A stretch of 62,977 bases of DNA, the filler included. It is 6 parts of 6 records of this genome, joined end to end, with 100 filler letters (N's around TTAATTAATTAA, not from the genome) between each part and the next. Parts side by side here need not be neighbours in the genome. Positions count along the whole stretch, not along the records: positions 27,671 to 37,938 come from SRR31156797_1083; positions 38,039 to 50,378 come from SRR31156797_1092; 4 more parts are not named here. The stretch is one strand, 5' to 3'. Of the stretch, positions 29,472-39,067 are shown in pieces. Below the pieces are notes generated by a model. It saw nothing but the letters and a program-made list of their open reading frames with translations, did no database searches and was not told where the DNA came from. Positions within the stretch are counted from its first letter, which is position 1; every line of letters begins with the position of its first letter. The translations under genes and the position numbers were made by a program.

Positions 29472-31346
29472 TTATTTTTTCATAAATAATGTTTGAGTAT
29501 GGTAAGCAAATTCGCAATTATTTTCTTTTGTTAACTTATTGATTTTCATAATTAAATCCTCTTTTACAGCTAGCCATTCTTCCCAATTTGGACTTCTGCT
29601 GAAGCAATAAATCATGATGTTAATTGAACTTGCACCATATTCATCAATATAAACCATTAGATTTCTTTTTACTCCATGTAAATCTTCTCTTGTAATTGCT
29701 TCAAATTTTCTTGTTCTACTTTGTTTGATAGTTTTTTCGCTGGCAATTCCAGGATGTTCATAAAGCATCTCTTCTATTTGTTTTTTAAGGTTGTATATAT
29801 CATCGATATGACTTTCATAAGTTATATTTAGAGTCATCTTTATTCTTCTACCAATTCTTCTTTTTGAATAGTTTTTTATATGAGTATTTGCTAACTCAGA
29901 GTTTGGAATCGTAATCATTGCATTATCAAATGTTCTAATTCTTGTAGTTCTCATTCTAATATCTACAACAGTACCCTCTACATTATTTGCAATAATCCAA
30001 TCTCCTTGAGAAAAAGAGTTATCAGTCATAATATTTAAAGAACCAAAGAAGTTTGCTAAAGTATCTTTAGATGCTAAGGCAATAGCGATACCCCCAACTC
30101 CAACTGAAGCTGCAATTGCTTTGATATCAATACCCAATTGTGTGAAAAGAAACAATAAAACAAAAAGTATAAATAAAATTTTTGTAACCCTAAGTAAAAA
30201 AACAATCATCTCTCTTCTAACATTTGGATATCTTTCTACTAAATGTTGTGCAAAGTTAGTGATACTATTTGATAGTAAAGAATAAATAGCCCAAGTAAAT
30301 AATCCCATATATAAAGTATTAATCCAAGGTAAAACTTTTGCTAACAAAATTGGATCTTTTATTAAAATATATAAAGACAGCTGAATAGATAATGTGTATA
30401 AACCTATTACAAATGGTTTTTTTATTGACTCCTCAATATATTCTAATATCTCAGGTTCTTCCTCTTCTTCATCATCATCTTCTTTTTTTTCTTCCTTTTT
30501 GGAATCTCTTCTTGGTTTGATGATTAATTTATCTATTAAAGATATAAACAGTGCAATAATTTTTGTAATAAACAATTTAAAAATTAAAAATATAAATAAA
30601 ACAACAACCAAATCTCCAATGCTAAATTTGAAATGATAGGCTGTGAAACTTGAAATTGGTGAGATAAATGAGTATGAATCAATAATTGAAACTAAATACT
30701 GCACATTAAAGTTGTCAATAAAAAAATTTGTTTTTCTATATAAATGAATATTGTCTTTTAAATAATTTAAGACAAACAATTGTTCTGTTGTTTGCTCAGA
30801 TAACTTTTTATAGTTTTGAACTAAATCATTTGAGATATTATTATCATTATTTCTTTCTTCTTGATAAAACTTTTTATATTTATCATAATTATTATTTTTT
30901 AAATAATCTATGTTATTTTGAATTACTTTTTCAAAATATTCTTTCTCTTTAAAAGATTTTTTTGCATCAATTAACTCTTTTAGAGTTTGAATATATTTTT
31001 TTGATTCTTTTTGATAAAGAAGTTCAATCTCATCTCTTTTTACAGCAAGGTCGTTACCTTCTCTTTCATTTATTGTTATTCTATTCTCTAGATAGTTGAT
31101 TCTTGTATTGTAGTCTTTACTATCAAAGGCGTCTAATAAATAAACTTCGTCATTAATATTGCTAATTACTTCTTGAGCTTTGTCAAATTGTTTTTGTAAT
31201 TTTAAATCAACACTTTCATTCTTTTTCTCCACTTCCTTAATACTTTTATTTGCATTTGTAGTTAATGTTGGCAAAGTTTGAGCAAAAAGTAAAAAATTAG
31301 GAATTATACATATTAATAAAATTTTTTTAATAATAGTAAACTTCAT
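29472..31346 (-). CDS. MscS-family mechanosensitive channel with a long N-terminal extension
   Basis: GVGGIAIALASKDTLANFFG, FSQGDWI, EGTVVDIRMRTTRIRTFDN...IPNS. Confidence 0.92.
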   Translation of the reverse strand: MKFTIIKKILLICIIPNFLLFAQTLPTLTTNANKSIKEVEKKNESVDLKLQKQFDKAQEVISNINDEVYLLDAFDSKDYNTRINYLENRITINEREGNDLAVKRDEIELLYQKESKKYIQTLKELIDAKKSFKEKEYFEKVIQNNIDYLKNNNYDKYKKFYQEERNNDNNISNDLVQNYKKLSEQTTEQLFVLNYLKDNIHLYRKTNFFIDNFNVQYLVSIIDSYSFISPISSFTAYHFKFSIGDLVVVLFIFLIFKLFITKIIALFISLIDKLIIKPRRDSKKEEKKEDDDEEEEEPEILEYIEESIKKPFVIGLYTLSIQLSLYILIKDPILLAKVLPWINTLYMGLFTWAIYSLLSNSITNFAQHLVERYPNVRREMIVFLLRVTKILFILFVLLFLFTQLGIDIKAIAASVGVGGIAIALASKDTLANFFGSLNIMTDNSFSQGDWIIANNVEGTVVDIRMRTTRIRTFDNAMITIPNSELANTHIKNYSKRRIGRRIKMTLNITYESHIDDIYNLKKQIEEMLYEHPGIASEKTIKQSRTRKFEAITREDLHGVKRNLMVYIDEYGASSINIMIYCFSRSPNWEEWLAVKEDLIMKINKLTKENNCEFAYHTQTLFMKK

Positions 31347-31413
31347 ACTAACTCCATATATAAATTTTCGACATTATATTGAAAATAGACTTTATTATAA
31401 TTATATCTAATTT

Positions 31414-31432
31414 AATGATAACAGTTATCAAT
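31414..31432. promoter_or_regulatory. Fur box
   Basis: AATGATAACAGTTATCAAT; 7-1-7 TGATAAC-A-GTTATCA inverted repeat. Confidence 0.75.
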
Positions 31433-31465
31433 ATTAGAAAACTTTAAGGTTTGAAAGTGTATTAT

Positions 31466-31484
31466 TTTGATACTGATTATCATT
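31466..31484. promoter_or_regulatory. Second Fur box, between the -10 element and the RBS
   Basis: TTTGATACTGATTATCATT just before AAGGAG. Confidence 0.65.
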
Positions 31485-31497
31485 AAAAGGAGTTAAC

Positions 31498-31800
31498 ATG
31501 TCAGTTTTAATTATAGGTGGAGATAAGATAGATACTATTAAAGGGATTCTAGATGAGTTTGGTAAATTTTCTATTACACATTGGGATACGCGAAAAAAAT
31601 CGAGTGCTTGTAGAAAAGAAATACCTCAAAATACAGACTATATTTTAATGTTAACAGATTTTTTAAATCATAATGCAATGTATAAATATAGAAAAGAAGC
31701 AAAAAAGAAAAATATTCCATTAATCTGTACAAAAAGAAGCGCAAGTTCAGTTTATTGTGAAGTATGTAAGTTTCTTAATATAAAGAAATGCGAGGATTAA
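31498..31800 (+). CDS. DUF2325-family protein
   Basis: MSVLIIGGD...IP..TDYILMLTDFLNHNAM...KEAKKKNIPL...KRS. Confidence 0.85.
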   Translation: MSVLIIGGDKIDTIKGILDEFGKFSITHWDTRKKSSACRKEIPQNTDYILMLTDFLNHNAMYKYRKEAKKKNIPLICTKRSASSVYCEVCKFLNIKKCED

Positions 31801-31801
31801 A

Positions 31802-32002
31802 ATGAGTGAAATGATTATAAACAAACTAAATGATTTCAAACATTATAAATATGAACCGGTTACAAATAGAATTGTAAATCTAAAAGGTGCATCAAATGCT
31901 GACTTAGATGAATTTCTTCAAATAGCTCATATCTTAGATTCTAACTATATTAAATATAAATTTTCTACAAATATTGATATTAGAATTATCGGAAAAAAAT
32001 AA
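31802..32002 (+). CDS. Small hypothetical protein
   Basis: RBS GAGG; tightly packed in the operon. Confidence 0.65.
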   Translation: MSEMIINKLNDFKHYKYEPVTNRIVNLKGASNADLDEFLQIAHILDSNYIKYKFSTNIDIRIIGKK

Positions 32003-32757
32003 TGGGAAAAATTGGATTTGATATAAATAATGAATTTCTTCCATCTTTTGACAGGTTTCAATCTAAATCTAACAAAAGACTAATGTTTTTAAAACTTTTT
32101 AATCAAGAAGTTTGTTGTGATATGAAATTTTCAAAAGAGGAATTAAAAAGTTGTAGAAAAGATTCTCTTTTTACAATTTTTTCAAATAAAATTCTAAAAA
32201 ATTTACAATTTCCTATCCATACTCAAGAGATGATGACAAAAGTTGATGTAGAACTGACAAATAGAGTCAATACTTTTTTAAAAAAATTAGATGTAAGCAG
32301 TGAAAAGTGTAGATTCAAAATTATCAACTCCTTAGAAGAAACACAAATATCAACAGCAACTAAGCTGATTGGTATATTAGAAGAAACAAATTACTCTTTT
32401 TACTTGGATGGTCAGATAATATTTAAGAATTTTGTATTAAATAAAATTCTTAGATCAAGTGAGGATAGAGAAGTTAATGTAAATACTGACTCTATTGATA
32501 TAGAAAGTAAAGAATACATGTTTAAAACAAAAATCTTTACTTTTTGGGAGTTTATAAACTCTGAAAAACTAAATATAGAAAAACATATAGAAAAAGCAGT
32601 TGAATGTATTAAAAATACTGAGTTTAATCAAGTATATCTTGTATATCCCAAAAATGAAAATTTTAATAAACATATACAAATCAAATGCGAAGATTTAATA
32701 AATAGCAACTATATGATTAAACTTATACCATATTCAATGCGTTCAACATTAAGATAA
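32002..32757 (+). CDS. Hypothetical protein, weak resemblance to a degenerate McrC-like domain
   Basis: Overlapping TAATG start; C-terminal VYLVYPK resembles the McrC C-terminal strand, but no catalytic PD-(D/E)xK motif is evident. Confidence 0.6.
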   Translation: MGKIGFDINNEFLPSFDRFQSKSNKRLMFLKLFNQEVCCDMKFSKEELKSCRKDSLFTIFSNKILKNLQFPIHTQEMMTKVDVELTNRVNTFLKKLDVSSEKCRFKIINSLEETQISTATKLIGILEETNYSFYLDGQIIFKNFVLNKILRSSEDREVNVNTDSIDIESKEYMFKTKIFTFWEFINSEKLNIEKHIEKAVECIKNTEFNQVYLVYPKNENFNKHIQIKCEDLINSNYMIKLIPYSMRSTLR

Positions 32758-32773
32758 AGGAAAAAGAAGAAGA

Positions 32774-33265
32774 ATGAAAGCAATTTTTTATGCAACAAGT
32801 ACAGGAAATACAGAATTAGTAGCAAATAAAATCCATGAAAAATTAGAAGATTTTGATCTAATTGATGTATCATCTCAAGGGATATCAAAGATTCAAGAGT
32901 GTGATTTTATAGTTTTAGGAACTCCAACTTGGGGTGAGGGTGATTTACAAGATGATTGGGAAGAATATTTTGACGAGTTTCAAGATATAGATTTTTCAAA
33001 TAAAACTGTAGCTTTATTTGGCTTAGGTGATCAAGATAATTATTATGATGAGTTTGTAAATGCTATGGGAACACTGTATGAAGTTGTAGAAAAAAAAGGT
33101 GCAAAAGTTATAGGATTTACATCAACTGATGGATATGAGTTTGAGGATTCAACAGCAGTGGTAGATGGTAATTTCGTTGGTTTAGTAATAGATGAAGATA
33201 ACCAATCAGAACTAACAGAAGAGAGAATAAACAATTGGTGCGAAGATATAGCTACACAGGTGTAG
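32774..33265 (+). CDS. fldA: Long-chain flavodoxin
   Basis: FYATSTGNTE, GTPTWGEGDLQDDW, FGLGDQ, GLVIDEDNQ. Confidence 0.95.
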   Translation: MKAIFYATSTGNTELVANKIHEKLEDFDLIDVSSQGISKIQECDFIVLGTPTWGEGDLQDDWEEYFDEFQDIDFSNKTVALFGLGDQDNYYDEFVNAMGTLYEVVEKKGAKVIGFTSTDGYEFEDSTAVVDGNFVGLVIDEDNQSELTEERINNWCEDIATQV

Positions 33266-33338
33266 TCTATATCAAATAAAAGGAGGAAAAGTTTAACTGT
33301 TAGGGAAAAAAAGGTAAGTAATAGAATCAAAATACCAT

Positions 33339-33357
33339 ATTGATAACGATTATCAAT
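33339..33357. promoter_or_regulatory. Fur box upstream of the porin gene
   Basis: ATTGATAACGATTATCAAT, near-perfect inverted repeat. Confidence 0.8.
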
Positions 33358-33455
33358 ATAAGGTTTTATTAAGTTAATTAGGTATAAAATTACACGCTTT
33401 GATATTTGGTTATAATAATTAATATCAATATATATTACACACACGAGGGAATTCA

Positions 33456-34556
33456 ATGAAAAAAATTAGTTTAGCTTTAGCTGCATCTGTATTACTAGCA
33501 AGTAGTGCTGTAGCTGACAATGCTTTAGAAAAAGCATTTAAAGAAGGTACTGTTAGTGGGGATATTACACTTCATGCAGAAAATCAAAATAATAGTGGTG
33601 GAACTGAAGATCAAAATTTTACAATGGGGTCTGTAAATCTTGGTTTTGAAACTGCTGCTATTAATGGATTTAAAGCAAATTTTGGTTTTAGAGGAAACCA
33701 TGCTTTTTCTGAAAAAACAAGCGGAGATTTTGAAGCACTAGGTGATGGTGGTGAACAAACTGACGCAATTTTACATACAGCAAATATCTCTTATGCAGAT
33801 GAAAACTTTGCATTTATTCTAGGTAGACAAGAGATTGATTTAGAATGGTTAGGTGACTACCATGAAGCAGCAGTATTAGCAGTTACTGCAATTCCAGACA
33901 CAACAGTTGTTTTAGGTGCAACAAGAAGAATTGCTGTTGCTGATGAAGATGCTGCATTAAACAACTTTGAAGAGTTTGGTGAAGATATTAGTTATGCAGC
34001 TGTATTAGATGTAAAATATGAAGGTTTTGATGGTTTTGTTATCAATCCATATTTCTATAAAGCTGATAATTTAGCAAAATGGTATGGTTTAAAAGCAGAT
34101 TATGATAATGATATGTTTGGATTAACTTTACATGGGGCAAAAAGTGATCTTGAAGACCAATCAGAAGATGGTGAAATTTATCATATCGAAGGTAGAGCAA
34201 ACTTCGCTGGTTTAGGTATTAACTTAGGATACATTTCAACTGATGAAAATCAAGGTGTTGGAGCTATGGATTCTTTAGGTGATAATATCAGTCCACTAGA
34301 AGATGGTAATTATGTATATGATGCAGATGCAGACACAACTTACTTAGGTCTTTCTTATTCTATAGCAGGTGTAGAACTAGGTGCTTTATATGGTGATACT
34401 GATTATGCAAATGATACAGAAAAAGAGTTAAACTTAACTGTTGATTATGCTATTAACGATTCATTATCAGTTGGTGCATTGTTTGTAGATGTTGATGCAG
34501 AAAACTCAGATGATGATTATAATAGACTTGGGTTAACAGTTCAATATACTTTCTAA
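33456..34556 (+). CDS. Outer-membrane porin (Campylobacterales Opr/MOMP-like), strongly acidic
   Basis: Signal peptide, LEKAFKEGTVSG, GRQEIDLEW, C-terminal YTF. Confidence 0.85.
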   Translation: MKKISLALAASVLLASSAVADNALEKAFKEGTVSGDITLHAENQNNSGGTEDQNFTMGSVNLGFETAAINGFKANFGFRGNHAFSEKTSGDFEALGDGGEQTDAILHTANISYADENFAFILGRQEIDLEWLGDYHEAAVLAVTAIPDTTVVLGATRRIAVADEDAALNNFEEFGEDISYAAVLDVKYEGFDGFVINPYFYKADNLAKWYGLKADYDNDMFGLTLHGAKSDLEDQSEDGEIYHIEGRANFAGLGINLGYISTDENQGVGAMDSLGDNISPLEDGNYVYDADADTTYLGLSYSIAGVELGALYGDTDYANDTEKELNLTVDYAINDSLSVGALFVDVDAENSDDDYNRLGLTVQYTF

Positions 34557-34579
34557 AATATTTTGCGAATTTTAGTCAT

Positions 34580-34613
34580 AAAAAAGGAAGAGTTAAAACT
34601 CTTCCTTTTTTTT
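34580..34613. terminator. Bidirectional rho-independent terminator
   Basis: AAAAAAGGAAGAGT-TAAA-ACTCTTCCTTTTTTTT between convergent genes. Confidence 0.85.
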
Positions 34614-35776
34614 TACTTTTTATTTTCTTCTAAAAGATGTTCATATCTTTTGTCAGTTAATAGTTTTAAGAATGCAACTATTGCATCTACTTTTCTATCA
34701 TTTTGTTTTTTAGCTTTTAATTCATCTAAAGAAATAGTATTTTCAACTTCAGGTTTATCCCAAGGTTTACCTGTTTCTGGATTGATTTTTCTTTCTTGAT
34801 TATTGTATTTATCATAAAACTCAACAACTGTTTTTAGATCTTTGAACACACCATTATGCATATATGGAGCAGTTACTGCAACATTTCTTAGCGTTGGGAC
34901 TTTGTGTTTACCTCTTTGTTTTACATCTGTTACATGAGGATTTGCCAATAATCCATCATCAATAGCAGTCACACCATTTTTAGCTCGTAATTCATGATTG
35001 ATTGGTGTACCAATATTATGAAATTGGTAGTTTGTAAAAGTCTCACCCTTTTTATCTTCACCTTTTAACATATGGCAGTTTGCACAAGAGTTATTGTTGT
35101 TTGAGAAAAATAATGCTTTACCTAAATCTTCTAAAGGAGTTAGGTCATATTTTCCTTCTAAATACCTGTCATATTTAGAGTCAAAAGGAGCAAACTCTTC
35201 AGTCATTTCAAATTTTTCTATAGAGTCAGTCATAGCAGCATAAGCTTTTTCATTAGAATCAAAAACATCTTCACCATATATTTTTTTCATAGTTTCAACA
35301 TAATATGTATTTTCTTTTAATCTATCAACAACGCTTTCTTTACTTGGCATTCCCATCTCAATAGGGTTTAATGGAGGTCCACCAGCTTGTCCAGCTAAAG
35401 TAGCTTCTCTTCCATCCCAAAATTGTCCACCAACATATTGTTTATCTTTTTCATTGTAGTGAAATTTAGGACTAAACATAGCATATGCTGCAGTTGGTGC
35501 TTGTCTATCACCTAATGATTTTCCATCATCACCTAAAGATGCCATAGATTTTATTCCATTATCTCTATTATCAGTAAATCCAAAATCAGGATTATGACAA
35601 GTTGCACACGCTTCTGTCCTATTTTTTGAAAGGTTTTTATCGAAAAATAAAGCTTGTCCTAAACTCTCTTTTTGCATTCTTTTTTGTTCTAAATCTTCTT
35701 TTGAAACGCTTGCATTAGTACAAGCTGTTAATAATAAAGCACTAGCCAGTAAAGAAACTGTTTTTAAATATCTCAT
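34613..35776 (-). CDS. Di-haem cytochrome c peroxidase / MauG / MbnH-family lipoprotein
   Basis: Lipobox LLLTAC; CATCH and CANCH; GGQFWDGRE; KVPTLRNVAVTAPYMHNG. Confidence 0.92.
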   Translation of the reverse strand: MRYLKTVSLLASALLLTACTNASVSKEDLEQKRMQKESLGQALFFDKNLSKNRTEACATCHNPDFGFTDNRDNGIKSMASLGDDGKSLGDRQAPTAAYAMFSPKFHYNEKDKQYVGGQFWDGREATLAGQAGGPPLNPIEMGMPSKESVVDRLKENTYYVETMKKIYGEDVFDSNEKAYAAMTDSIEKFEMTEEFAPFDSKYDRYLEGKYDLTPLEDLGKALFFSNNNNSCANCHMLKGEDKKGETFTNYQFHNIGTPINHELRAKNGVTAIDDGLLANPHVTDVKQRGKHKVPTLRNVAVTAPYMHNGVFKDLKTVVEFYDKYNNQERKINPETGKPWDKPEVENTISLDELKAKKQNDRKVDAIVAFLKLLTDKRYEHLLEENKK

Positions 35777-35779
35777 TTA

Positions 35780-36679
35780 TTATCTCCTTCTTACAATATT
35801 TAAAATAGGGTATAACAAAATACCACCAATTGATTCATACTCTTTCATTTGTTCTTTTCTTAATCCAAATTTTAAAACTTTTACATCTTTTGATAAAGTT
35901 AAAGAGCCAAAAATTCTATCCCAAATTGCTAAATAACTACCAAAGTTTCTATCAAAGTGTTTTTTACTATGATGAATTTGATGTTGTTTAGGAGAAATTA
36001 GCCATTTTTCTAAAAATGGAAAATATGCTAATGGAATGTGCGAATGTCTTAAGTTAGAACCTAACAATGAAAAAATAAAAACAAAGATATTAGCCCCTAG
36101 AACTTCATACAAACCTATTTTAGAGCCAAAAAAGTAAATAAATATACCAGTTACTAAACCAATACTTATTGAGTATCTAAAACCAAAAAGTATATTTTCG
36201 ACAGGATGAACTCTATAAAAGGTTAGAGGGTTTAGAACTTTTGCACTATGATGAACTTTATGGAACTCCCAAAGAAAAGGGATAGTATGAAGGAATCTAT
36301 GTGTCCAATATCTTGTAAAATCGCTTACAACAAACAATGTAATAGTATATAATGCCAAAATAGTCTCATAAGAGAAATATTGTATATGATTAAAGCCAAA
36401 ACTATAATACAAGTATTTATTTATACTAAATGCAACTGTTTTGGCACTAATTACTATTGGAATAACCAATATCATTTTAATAAAATAAGATAACAAAAAG
36501 TAGTAATAATCAAGCTTTGAACTTGGATGTAACCAAACTTTAGAACTGAATGCAACTTTTCTATATCGTTTATTATAATAGATAAAAACTATTCCAATAG
36601 CAACAGATGAGAGTAGATAAATCCAGTAGGTTCTCCTACCAGGATTTATCAGATACTCTAATACTAAAAAATCATCCAT
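35780..36679 (-). CDS. Fatty-acid hydroxylase / sterol desaturase family membrane protein
   Basis: His boxes HRFLH, HKVHH, HQIHH; NFGSYLAIWDRIFG. Confidence 0.9.
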   Translation of the reverse strand: MDDFLVLEYLINPGRRTYWIYLLSSVAIGIVFIYYNKRYRKVAFSSKVWLHPSSKLDYYYFLLSYFIKMILVIPIVISAKTVAFSINKYLYYSFGFNHIQYFSYETILALYTITLFVVSDFTRYWTHRFLHTIPFLWEFHKVHHSAKVLNPLTFYRVHPVENILFGFRYSISIGLVTGIFIYFFGSKIGLYEVLGANIFVFIFSLLGSNLRHSHIPLAYFPFLEKWLISPKQHQIHHSKKHFDRNFGSYLAIWDRIFGSLTLSKDVKVLKFGLRKEQMKEYESIGGILLYPILNIVRRR

Positions 36680-36690
36680 TATGATACCTC

Positions 36691-37677
36691 TTAGTCACCA
36701 TCTGCTTCAATAATTTTTGCATTTATTGATAACTCTTCAATGATTTCTAAAAACAAAATAACATGTATCTCACTAATTTCATCATATAATTCTTGAGATT
36801 TAGAGAAGTCATCATTTTTAATCTTTTTTACAAGAATAAGTGCTTTATTTAAAGCTTCTCTTAGGTTGTCTATTTGCTCACCCTCAGTTATTTTTTTAAC
36901 ATAATCTCCATAGTCTTCATAATTTGGGTTATCAAAAATATCTTTGTATGTTTTTAAAACTGCTTCAATTGCTAAAGCACTATTTTTACTTATATAATAC
37001 TCAGCTCTTTTATTATCTGGGTTGCCTTCATATTTTTTAGTAATACCCATAACTTCACCAATTCTCCACTCTTTTAGTTTATAAGTACTTTGAATAATTG
37101 AGTTGATTGTAAATGAGTTTGCTTTTTGTAAATCATTTAAGAAGTTTTCTTCTTGTGCAACATATTCCTCTTTAACTTCATCAATTAACATTTGAAGTTT
37201 TGAAATAATAGTTTTTGCAATTTTGTTTACTCTGTCATTTTTAATATCTTTTGCATAAAGAATATATTCAAGTGCATTGATAGATTTTAAAGAGTTTTTG
37301 AAAAGTACAACTCTAATTTCATCTTCACTTTTTATTGCTCTATCAAGTTGAGCTGTTATATCTTCATTCATATTATGAAAAATATCAAAATATCTAGGAA
37401 TATCTATATAGTCATCATTTATATCCCCTAAAATATAATAAGTTTCAACAGCTTTCCAGTTTTGAATTAAGCCTTGAAAAGCCTTTTTTGATTCTTGTAC
37501 ATCTTTCTTGTCAACTGCTTTGTCTACATCTTCTAAACTTGCAATTACACCATTTACATCTTTTAGTATTACATTTTCATAAAGGTTTTTTAAAACCTTT
37601 TGGTTCTCTTTATCATCATCTGCAAAAGCAAAAACTGACAAAAGCGTTACAAGTAATAAACTTTTAATTATTTTCAT
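36691..37677 (-). CDS. Imelysin-family (peptidase M75-like) iron-binding protein
   Basis: Signal peptide, helical protein, KSINALEYILY (degenerate GxHxxE site), C-terminal ADGD. Confidence 0.75.
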   Translation of the reverse strand: MKIIKSLLLVTLLSVFAFADDDKENQKVLKNLYENVILKDVNGVIASLEDVDKAVDKKDVQESKKAFQGLIQNWKAVETYYILGDINDDYIDIPRYFDIFHNMNEDITAQLDRAIKSEDEIRVVLFKNSLKSINALEYILYAKDIKNDRVNKIAKTIISKLQMLIDEVKEEYVAQEENFLNDLQKANSFTINSIIQSTYKLKEWRIGEVMGITKKYEGNPDNKRAEYYISKNSALAIEAVLKTYKDIFDNPNYEDYGDYVKKITEGEQIDNLREALNKALILVKKIKNDDFSKSQELYDEISEIHVILFLEIIEELSINAKIIEADGD

Positions 37678-37678
37678 T

Positions 37679-37938
37679 TTATACCTCTTCTAAAAATTTT
37701 ATTAGTTTTTCTCTATCTTGTTTTTCAAGATTCATATATGAATTTTTAATCTCCTTTGCTTCTCCATCATGCCATAAAATAGCTTCTTGAAAATCTCTAG
37801 CTCTTCCATCATGTAAAAGTCTAGGTTTCTTTTTATTTATCTTTTCATGTAATGCTAACCCCCATAAAGCTGGAGTTCTCCACTCATTTCCATTTGCTTT
37901 GAATTCACTTCTTCCATCTGCTAAACCTTCACCCATAT
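37679..37938 (-). CDS. Di-haem oxidoreductase family (DUF1111-like), 3' fragment
   Basis: MGEGLADG...EWRTPALWG...LLHDGRAR...EAILWHDGEA. Confidence 0.88.
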
Positions 37939-38038
37939 NNNNNNNNNNNNNNNNNNNNNNNNNNNNNNNNNNNNNNNNNNNNTTAATTAATTAANNNNNN
38001 NNNNNNNNNNNNNNNNNNNNNNNNNNNNNNNNNNNNNN
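37939..38038. other. Artificial contig spacer
   Basis: N44-TTAATTAATTAA-N44. Confidence 0.98.
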
Positions 38039-38094
38039 GGAGAATTAAACTCAATCACGATTAAAACTAAAAAATAATGAGAGAGGGCTAGTTT

Positions 38095-39012
38095 ATGAAA
38101 AACTTTATTAACGATGCAGAAAAATATTTTAAGAAACTCTATCCTACTGAAGATAACAATCTTATATACAGCAACCATATAGCCGCTGACACCATTATGC
38201 GCAAACTTAGAGATAAACTCTCGCAAACTATGTCAGAAGCGCTAAATAACGTTTATATCGGCTTTATAGCTCATCCCAGTTCTAATATAGCAGGTGCATT
38301 TCGTAAATTTCCTGATAATAGTTATCTCGTTACTTTTAATACAGAATCATTGTACAAGTTAAATACTATGTCCAGTCTCTTAGCTACCCAAATTTTGAAT
38401 AAGTATTATTTAAAAAAAGATGATATTAAATCAAAAAGTTTATTGATAGAATTACAGGATATGTATTCCAGACAATTTTATAATAAAGGAGCTGGTTATA
38501 CTAGAACACGAGTGCTAATTTCAAAATATATTAACAAAAACTTAAATGAGTATCAACAAAATATAAGTGAAGTTTATTCTCAAATATTTGAAATAGCACT
38601 TACTTTTATTTTGACTCATGAAATAGGTCACCATATTCTTAATCATACGGATTTTGAGCAGTTATATGTTGAGCTTCCTAAATATGAGAATTTTATCAAT
38701 AAACATAAGGAGTTCCAGGCTGATTCATTTGCAGTTTATTCCGTACTGGAAACTTTTACTGAAAATGATACTAACTCTATTATGCAGCTTGAAGCATTAC
38801 TTATACCACTTCTTATTATTGCAATTGATATAAATGAAAATTATTCTTCAACTACACATCCAAGTATCTTAGCCAGATATAGAAATATTCTTGATCAATT
38901 TGAGAGAAGATTTGAAAATTATCAAATTAATTCTTTATTAATAGATTTCAATAAATTATGTGATTATCTTTATAAAAAAGGTTATTTCATAGATAAATGG
39001 TGGGAAAAATAA
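38095..39012 (+). CDS. HExxH zinc metallopeptidase (Lit/U49- or M48-like), cytoplasmic
   Basis: FILTHEIGHH...KEFQADSFA...THPSILARY; no signal peptide. Confidence 0.75.
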   Translation: MKNFINDAEKYFKKLYPTEDNNLIYSNHIAADTIMRKLRDKLSQTMSEALNNVYIGFIAHPSSNIAGAFRKFPDNSYLVTFNTESLYKLNTMSSLLATQILNKYYLKKDDIKSKSLLIELQDMYSRQFYNKGAGYTRTRVLISKYINKNLNEYQQNISEVYSQIFEIALTFILTHEIGHHILNHTDFEQLYVELPKYENFINKHKEFQADSFAVYSVLETFTENDTNSIMQLEALLIPLLIIAIDINENYSSTTHPSILARYRNILDQFERRFENYQINSLLIDFNKLCDYLYKKGYFIDKWWEK

Positions 39013-39035
39013 TAAGGAGCGACAAGCGCTCCTTA
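39013..39035. terminator. Terminator hairpin
   Basis: TAAGGAGCG-ACAAG-CGCTCCTTA. Confidence 0.7.
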
Positions 39036-39067
39036 CTTAATTTATTGAAATTTTTTATTTTTTTTAA

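Noticed and set aside
30460-30500. Acidic run in MscS as a separate repeat element
   Set aside because: It is an in-frame low-complexity loop (KEDDDEEEEE) of the protein.
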